From Bacteroidia bacterium (GTDB lineage: Bacteria > Bacteroidota > Bacteroidia > AKYH767-A > OLB10), in assembly GCA_016788185.1 (NCBI GenBank), contig JAEUTF010000128.1, positions 16,500 to 80,499 of the forward strand: a DNA stretch of 64,000 nucleotides, read 5' to 3'. Both the position numbers and the translations under genes were made by a program. Below, piece by piece: positions 49,801 through 56,212 of this stretch (positions are counted from its first letter, which is position 1; each line of letters begins with the position of its first letter). Under the pieces are notes generated by a model, which had not been told where the DNA came from, did not search any database, and saw only the letters and a list, made by a program, of their open reading frames with translations.

Positions 49801-52794
49801 TTGCCTGCAGGAAGCTATATGGTGACCGTTACAGACTATTATGGTTGCTCAGACATCGAAATAATAACGGTGACACAACCGGATCCGGTTAGCGCCACCG
49901 TTGCAACCAGCGGTGTGTTATGTGCTGAAAGCCCGAACGGCACCATCAACTTAACCCCAACAGGCGGGACTGCACCTTACAGCTTTTTGTGGAGCAATGG
50001 TTCTACGCTCGAAGATCAAAGCGGACTCACGGCCGGGACTTACACGGTGATTATTACCGATTTCAGCGGTTGCACCGGGACGGTCACAGCCATGGTAAGC
50101 TGCTCAGACAACATTCCACCAACCCTCATCTATCCACCCAGCATGGCCAATGCCATGTTTGAGAATTTTGAATCCGGAGGCCTTGCCCCGGGATGGACAG
50201 CAGGTGGATTATGGCATGTGACTGCCGCATGTTCAACGGGAACGCCGCCCAACCCCACCAAATGGGCTTATTATGGTATCGACGGTACCTGCACCTTTAA
50301 CAATGGTTCAACCAACAGCGGAGACCTGACTTCCGCCACGGTGGCGATACCAGCCAATGCCGCCAATGCAAAACTGCGGTTCCGGTATGTGTACAATGGG
50401 GAGGGAGGGTTTCCGCCTTCCGGATATGACAATGCATCGGCAAGAATCAGCATCAACAGTGGCCCCTTTGTACAGATTCAAAGTCTGAGCACCTCGGGTT
50501 CGAATGGAACATGGCTGGTCGCAGAAATGGATTTAAGTGGATATGCCGGTAGTACCGTTGCCCTTCAATGGAATTTCAATACCGTGGATGGTATTGCCAA
50601 TAGTTTCCTCGGATTACAGATTGACAGTGTGGTCGTTTCCTATTCGGATGATTGCCCGGCCGATATCGTCACCACCAACCTGCCAGGCGTGTGCGGAAAC
50701 AACGTCGCCTGGATAGCTCCCGTGGCCAGCGATAATTGCGCCGTGGTCATTACCAGCAACAAGAATCCCGGCGACTTCTTCCCGATCGGGACCACGGTGG
50801 TGACCTACACGGCTACCGACGGTTGTGGTAATGTGCGCACCTGCAGCTTCAATGTGATCGTAAATCAGTCCGGGCCTCCGATTCTCACCCTCAGCGGTAC
50901 CGCCAATACAATTTGTGCAGGAAGTAGCAATGGCGGCGTTAACCTTACCGTAACCGGCGGGGCCGCGCCCTACACCTATGCCTGGTCAAACGGGGCGACC
51001 ACCCAGGATTTATCAGGAGTTGGCGCCGGCAACTATACCGTCACCGTGACGGAAGCCAACGGCTGTTCGGCCATTTACAATGCAAGCATCAACGCCATCA
51101 GCCCGAATGTAAACCAACCTGCCGGTCAGGTGGTATGTGAAAATACGGCTACTACGGCCGTTAGCTTCAGCGGATCCATTCCCGGAACAAGCTTCAGCTG
51201 GTCCAACAACGAAACCGGAATCGGTCTTGCGGCCGCCGGCACAGGAAATATTTCATCCTTCATTGCGCAGAATCCGGGGTCCATACCACTCACGGCCACC
51301 ATTACCGTTACGCCTTCAACACCAATCGTTCCCGAACTGCTGTATTATAAATTCAACGGTTCAGGACCAGCGGTGCCCAACCTGGCCAGCAGCCCTCCCG
51401 GAGGTGCGGCCAGCCTGATGGGTGGACTCACACAGGGTGGAAGCGGAATCTGCAACGGAACACTGATCGGAACAGGCATTGCTTCGAATCTGGATTACCT
51501 GAATACTGGCTGGGCTCCCAATCTGCCCGCTGGTAATTCATGGACCATTTCCTTCAAAACCTCCAACATCAACGGACCTGCATCAACCCTGAATTATATA
51601 TTCGGTGATCCCTCGGCCGGATCGCTGCGTTGTTTCACGAACGGAGTGGCAGGAACCGGGAACTGGATTTTACGCGGACCATTCAATGATGTGCTGGTAC
51701 CGGGTGCGGCGAGTATTGCACCGCATACCATCACCTTTGTTTACGATCAGTCCGCGGGAAACATCAAAGCTTATGTGGATGGTATCCTGATCAATACGGT
51801 GATTCAGTCAACCGCCATCAGCCTGGTTGGCAGCGGACCCTTTAAAGTGGGTGGTTACAGCAGTAATGTTGGATTGCCTGCCGGTGGCTTGATGGATGAA
51901 TTCATGTTGTTTAGCCGCGCTCTGAATCCTGCAGAGGTACAAAGCCTGGCTGCCGGTTGTGATGCGCTGAACTGTACAGGCAGCCCAACAAGTTTTACCA
52001 TTACCGTGAATCCTCTGACCAACTATTATACAGATGGCGACGGGGATGGATTTGGAGCCGGGGCAGCCACCTCCGCTTGCACGGCACCTCCCGGTACGGT
52101 AAGTAACAACACAGACTGTAACGATGCCAACTTCGCCGTGAATCCAAATGCGACGGAGGTTTGCAATGGCATTGACGATGATTGCGACGGACTCACGGAC
52201 GAAGGCTGTACCTCGGGAGCAAGCTTTAACCTCACGGCATTGATAGAGGGTTATTACATCGGGGGAGGAAATATGCAATCGGTACTCCTCAATGCAGGAG
52301 TCAGTGCCAATCCTACCCTGTGTGATACCATCGTTGTGCAATTGCGCGATCCGCTCAGTCCCTCCACCGTGGTTGCTTCCGACAAGGTCGTGATGGGTGT
52401 AAACGGACAGGCCACCTTCAGTTTCCCTGCATCGGTGGTGGGCAACAGTTATTACATAGCCGTGCTGCACCGCAATGCCATTCAGACCTGGAGTGCCTTG
52501 CCGGTCACCTTTACCTTGACCACGAGCTATAATTTCACCACTTCACCGGCACAGGCATACGGAGCAAACATGATTGCCGTCTCTCCGGGAATTTATGCTT
52601 TCTACAGCGGTGATCTTTCGCCGCAGGATGAAGTGGTGGATATCCTGGATCAGTCGGTCATGGACAACGATATCTTTAATTTCTTAAGCGGATATGTGGT
52701 TACGGATCTGACAGGAGATGGAATTGTTGATATCATTGACCAGTCGATCATTGATAACAACATCTTTAATTTTATAGGTTCGATTCATCCCTGA
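40897..52794 (+). CDS. Giant (3965 aa) mosaic cell-surface/adhesin-like protein
   Basis: Single uninterrupted ORF with a signal/anchor-like N-terminus. Approximate domain order, read from motifs:
- parallel beta-helix repeats (41.3-43.1 kb; [34 protein letters not shown]...)
- CARDB-like module (43.41-43.74 kb)
- three MAM/choice-of-anchor-J-like modules
- Ig/PKD-like modules
- about 10 SprB-type repeats (45.55-51.09 kb)
- glycine-rich domain
- PA domain ([33 protein letters not shown])
- HYR domain (50650-50868)
- LamG-like domain (51.33-51.96 kb)
- MopE-like motif (52024-52212)
- dockerin-like C-terminus. Confidence 0.9.
   Translation: [3965 protein letters not shown]
45550..51090 (+). repeat. 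Array of SprB-type protein repeats (coding), several of them interrupted by inserted domains
   Basis: Recurring C.G..[ND]G........GG..PY.[YF].WSNG.T.....GL.[AP]G.Y.V.[VI].D..GC units. A 25-nt identical stretch (ctttttgtggagcaatggttctacg) occurs at 46584-46608 and 49983-50007. Confidence 0.8.
47608..48432 (+). other. Glycine-rich domain (Pfam Gly_rich / ALK-LTK GRD-like) within the giant ORF
   Basis: [31 protein letters not shown]...[27 protein letters not shown]...GFNGGGTGG...[13 protein letters not shown]...[16 protein letters not shown]...[20 protein letters not shown]...[10 protein letters not shown]. Confidence 0.7.
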
Positions 52795-52806
52795 TCAAAT
52801 CAAAAT

Positions 52807-52840
52807 AAGAAAGCCGGGAGCAAATGTTCCCGGCTTTCTT
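52807..52840 (+). terminator. Candidate intrinsic terminator after the giant ORF
   Basis: 13-bp perfect stem aagaaagccggga / tcccggctttctt with an 8-nt loop. The T tail is weak. Confidence 0.6.
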
Positions 52841-52900
52841 CATTAAGGTCCGGGGTATTTTATAGGTTCGCAGAAAAATTCCTTAATTTCAGGCTTGATT

Positions 52901-53434
52901 ATGGGTGTCCTGAAAAATCATCTGAAGCTTTTATTGACGTGCAGCGCCTTTGCAATTCTTCAAGAGGCTAATGCTCAGTATTTTATGATTTCGCAGATCT
53001 ACCCCTCCAATGCAACAGGTGAAGCGGTCTATTCGATCAGCATCCGCAATTCCGCCAACGACAGCATCATGGTTTTGCATACCCAGGAAGCTTCACTCCC
53101 TCCGTTCATCAACCGCTATAAATGGGAGAATGGGGGAGAGAAGGAAATTAAAGCGACATTGTATTTCGGTAAAAGCAATAACCCCTTTTTACCCGAACGG
53201 TACCGCGCCACGAAAACACTGCCACCCAACGGTGAAATGGAATTGTATTTTACCATGCCTGCGAATTTCAATAGCTACAGAAAGCAACTGATCATTTACT
53301 ACTCCATGCTGGAGGATAAATTTTATTCTGATTTTCATAAACTGGAAACCACCGGTACCAATTCCTCTTTAAAAAAATGCAAGGCCCTGAAGGAAAAACA
53401 TGGGGTGGTACACAACCGGAAAGTGATTTTTTAA
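52901..53434 (+). CDS. Hypothetical secreted protein
   Basis: 177 aa with a signal peptide ending EANAQ and no recognisable domain. Immediately downstream of the giant ORF on the same strand. Confidence 0.6.
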   Translation: MGVLKNHLKLLLTCSAFAILQEANAQYFMISQIYPSNATGEAVYSISIRNSANDSIMVLHTQEASLPPFINRYKWENGGEKEIKATLYFGKSNNPFLPERYRATKTLPPNGEMELYFTMPANFNSYRKQLIIYYSMLEDKFYSDFHKLETTGTNSSLKKCKALKEKHGVVHNRKVIF

Positions 53435-53528
53435 GTCCCCACGGAAATTGAAAATCAGGATGAAGTTTAGCGTCAGGATCCGGAAAATCAATACATTGGC
53501 CTTAGCTTCAAAGGACCGTCAATTTTGT

Positions 53529-53559
53529 TTTGTCAAAGAATAATATTCTGCTATCTTTG
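53529..53559 (+). promoter_or_regulatory. Bacteroidota-type promoter for tRNA-Arg (-33 TTTG, -7 TAnnTTTG)
   Basis: TTTG at 53529-53532 and TATCTTTG at 53552-53559 with 19-nt spacing. Followed by CCGTCCC. The tRNA starts 20 nt after the box. Confidence 0.6.
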
Positions 53560-53578
53560 CCGTCCCGTAAAAGGGAAT

Positions 53579-53652
53579 GGTTCCATAGCTTAACTGAATA
53601 GAGCATCTGACTACGGATCAGAAGGTTGGGGGTTTGAATCCCTCTGGGACCA
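53579..53652 (+). tRNA. tRNA-Arg (anticodon ACG)
   Basis: Manual cloverleaf:
- acceptor GGTTCCA/TGGGACC (one G-U)
- D arm GCTT-AACTGAAT-AGAGC
- anticodon stem TCTGA/TCAGA with loop CT-ACG-GA
- variable loop AGGTT
- T arm GGGGG-TTTGAAT-CCCTC
- discriminator A; CCA not encoded. Confidence 0.9.
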
Positions 53653-53668
53653 CAAGTTCATTTCAATT

Positions 53669-53693
53669 AAAAGCCTCCTTATAGGGGGCTTTT
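53669..53693 (+). terminator. Intrinsic terminator after tRNA-Arg
   Basis: 10-bp stem aaaagcctcc / gggggctttt (one G-U) with a 5-nt loop and a T-rich 3' side. Confidence 0.7.
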
Positions 53694-53854
53694 ATCATTT
53701 AAAACGAACCGAAAATTTATTCTACACGGATGTACCGTAAAGTGTGGTTTATTCCCGGGAAAGGGGAATGGAAGTCTTTTCCAGCGACGAATTAAGAATA
53801 CCTGTTTTGCGTAACGTACAAAAGGTAATTTATGGATTCGAAAAACCGCTGTGA

Positions 53855-54838
53855 TTATTTTTTCTCGGTTCCACCGGCAGTTCCCGGCTTGGCAATCGAT
53901 TCCCGCATCGCGGTATCGGCCTGTACATTCTGCAGCTTGTAATAATCCATGACGCCCAGGTTGCCGGCGCGGAAAGCTTCGGCCATGGCAAGCGGAATCT
54001 GGGCCTCGGCTTCGATTACCTTGGCTCTGGCTTCCTGTGCCTTGGCACGCATCTCCTGTTCAAATGCAACCGCCATCGCTCTCCTTTCTTCTGCTTTGGC
54101 CTGTGCCACTTTCAGATCGGCCGACGCCTGTTCGGTCTGAAGTTTAGCGCCAATATTCTCACCTACATCAATGTCCGCAATGTCAATCGAAAGAATTTCG
54201 AAGGCCGTTCCGGCATCGAGTCCCTTGCTCAGGACCACCTTTGAAATCTGATCGGGATTCTCCAAAACCGTCTTATGATCAAAGGCGGAGCCGATGGTAG
54301 TGACAATGCCCTCTCCCACACGGGCCAGGATGGTTTCTTCGCCCGCTCCGCCCACCAGCTGGTTGATATTGGTTCTCACGGTAACGCGTGCCCGCACAAT
54401 GAGCTGTATACCGTTTTTAGCCACCGCTGATACGGGAGGGGTATCGATGACACGCGGATTGACCGACAGTTGAACCGCGTCGGCCACATCGCGGCCTGCG
54501 AGATCAATGGCCGTGGCCATTTTAAAGGTAAGGGGGATATTAGCCTTGTCAGCAGAAATCAATGCCTTAATTACATTGTTCACATTCCCTCCGGCCAGAA
54601 AATGGGTCTCAATTTCATTGGTGGTGACGCTGAGCCCCGCTTTGGTACTGGTGATCATGGCATTCACCACAATACTGGGAGGTACTTTCCGGAGTCGCAT
54701 CAGAATCAGGTTCATGATACTGATTTTTACATTGCTGAATACCGCAGTGATCCAGAGGTTAACCGGTACGAAATACAGAAAGAGCAGAATGAAAACCAGC
54801 GCTCCCGCAATGATCAGAATGATAAATGGTAACTGCAT
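53855..54838 (-). CDS. floA: Flotillin-like protein FloA (SPFH domain, UPF0365/YqfA family)
   Basis: N-terminal TM, then VPVNLWITA.....[15 protein letters not shown]...KAGL, a hallmark of FloA. Ala/Glu-rich C-terminal coiled coil. Confidence 0.92.
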   Translation of the reverse strand: MQLPFIILIIAGALVFILLFLYFVPVNLWITAVFSNVKISIMNLILMRLRKVPPSIVVNAMITSTKAGLSVTTNEIETHFLAGGNVNNVIKALISADKANIPLTFKMATAIDLAGRDVADAVQLSVNPRVIDTPPVSAVAKNGIQLIVRARVTVRTNINQLVGGAGEETILARVGEGIVTTIGSAFDHKTVLENPDQISKVVLSKGLDAGTAFEILSIDIADIDVGENIGAKLQTEQASADLKVAQAKAEERRAMAVAFEQEMRAKAQEARAKVIEAEAQIPLAMAEAFRAGNLGVMDYYKLQNVQADTAMRESIAKPGTAGGTEKK

Positions 54839-54891
54839 GTCGATAAATTGATTTTAGACGAATTTAAGCGAAATTTGAATGGCACGTAAAA

Positions 54892-55359
54892 TTAAAGGCC
54901 CGGCTTTACAATTAACTTGTTGCCATCGACCCGGATTACCGTAACCGGATAATTGGGTGGAACCATTTCCCCCTCGGTGCTGGCCTCAAAACGCTGACCG
55001 TTCACCTTGACCGTTCCCATCGGTCGCAAACTGGATACCGCAGCGCCCCGGTCGCCTTCTTTTACCGTTTCGGGATCGATTTCATTCATACGACCTTTTA
55101 ACTGATCCTGCAGGCTAAATCGCTTCCAGAATCCGGTACGGAGTGCCGACCAAACCGACAGGGCCGTTAAAAAAAAACTTAACAGTGTAACGAGCATGCC
55201 GGTTCCCGAACCATACACCTGCCAGGTCCAGCCTATACCCATGATGACAAATGCTGCGCCCAGGAGCCCCACCACGAAGCCGGGTACCACCAGAATCTCC
55301 AGCACAATGAGCAGGATTCCGAATAAAATGAGGACCGAAATAAAGAAGATAGACATCAA
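54892..55359 (-). CDS. NfeD family membrane protein (SPFH partner)
   Basis: Three or four N-terminal TM helices and a C-terminal OB-fold (G.AVS.LRP.G.V.VNGQRFEA.TEGEMV..N..V.V..VDGN.L.VKP). Directly upstream of floA. Confidence 0.88.
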   Translation of the reverse strand: MMSIFFISVLILFGILLIVLEILVVPGFVVGLLGAAFVIMGIGWTWQVYGSGTGMLVTLLSFFLTALSVWSALRTGFWKRFSLQDQLKGRMNEIDPETVKEGDRGAAVSSLRPMGTVKVNGQRFEASTEGEMVPPNYPVTVIRVDGNKLIVKPGL

Positions 55360-55396
55360 CCGGATGGAGTAGGAAGGAGCGAAAAAAATCTCCAGG

Positions 55397-56206
55397 TTAT
55401 TTCTTTTTGTAGTACTTCAGCGCTTCAGGCATGTATTTGTTCAATTCCCGGATTCTGGTCTCATCGCTGGGATGCGTACTCAGAATTTCCGGAACTTTTG
55501 CACCGCCCTTGGCAGACATGCGTTGCCAGAACTTCGGAGCTTCACGCGGGTCATATCCGGCCATCGCAGCGAATATCAAACCCAGTTTATCGGCCTCGGT
55601 TTCATGCAGGCGGGAGTAGGGCAGCATGACGGCTACATTGGCGCCAACACCATACGCCGTCTGGAAAATGGCCTGGGTTTCCGCGCTTTTCTTTTGCAAT
55701 GCCACTCCAAGCGCCACACCGCCAAATTGCGCCATCATTTGCTGGCTCATTCTTTCATTGCCGTGCCGTGCCACCGCATGGGCAATTTCATGTCCCATCA
55801 CAATGGCCAGTGCGGTTTCATTCTGCGTCACATCTAACAATCCTGAATAGACGACCACTTTGCCGCCGGGCATGCACCAGGCATTTACCATTTTATCGTT
55901 CACCAGGTTAAACTCCCATTTATATCCCTGCAACCTGCTGCTGAGTTTATGCTGCGACATGTACTTCACCACAGCTTGCTGGATATTATTTCCGACCTGC
56001 TTCACCATGATGCTGTTCTGGTCCGCAGTAGGCACAGCGGGGTTTTGCTTCAGGAACGACTGATACTCCGTCAGGCTGAGTGAAATCAGTTCGCTTTCGG
56101 GAATCAGACTCACCTGTTTCCGGTTGGTAATCGGAACTTTGGAACAGGCAATCAATCCTGCTATCAGCAGAACCAGACCTGCAAGAGGGAGTTTATGGTT
56201 TTTCAC
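55397..56206 (-). CDS. M48 family zinc metallopeptidase lipoprotein
   Basis: Lipobox-like LIAC, HEIAHAVARH (HExxH) and a downstream E...EAD motif. Confidence 0.88.
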   Translation of the reverse strand: MKNHKLPLAGLVLLIAGLIACSKVPITNRKQVSLIPESELISLSLTEYQSFLKQNPAVPTADQNSIMVKQVGNNIQQAVVKYMSQHKLSSRLQGYKWEFNLVNDKMVNAWCMPGGKVVVYSGLLDVTQNETALAIVMGHEIAHAVARHGNERMSQQMMAQFGGVALGVALQKKSAETQAIFQTAYGVGANVAVMLPYSRLHETEADKLGLIFAAMAGYDPREAPKFWQRMSAKGGAKVPEILSTHPSDETRIRELNKYMPEALKYYKKK

Positions 56207-56212
56207 AGTCTG

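Noticed and set aside
45550-51090. Periodic repeats that might suggest a CRISPR array or other non-coding tandem repeat
   Set aside because: The periodicity is at the protein level (SprB-type units in one open frame). Nucleotide identity between units is low apart from one 25-mer, and there is no repeat-spacer structure. No CRISPR array exists in the window.
53579-53854. tRNA-Arg as an integration site, marking the giant ORF region as a genomic island
   Set aside because: There is no integrase or recombinase ORF, and I found no direct repeat of the tRNA 3' end. The only similar match is a 9-nt string (gaatccctc) at about 9285, which is insignificant. I also saw no obvious compositional break at the giant ORF itself.
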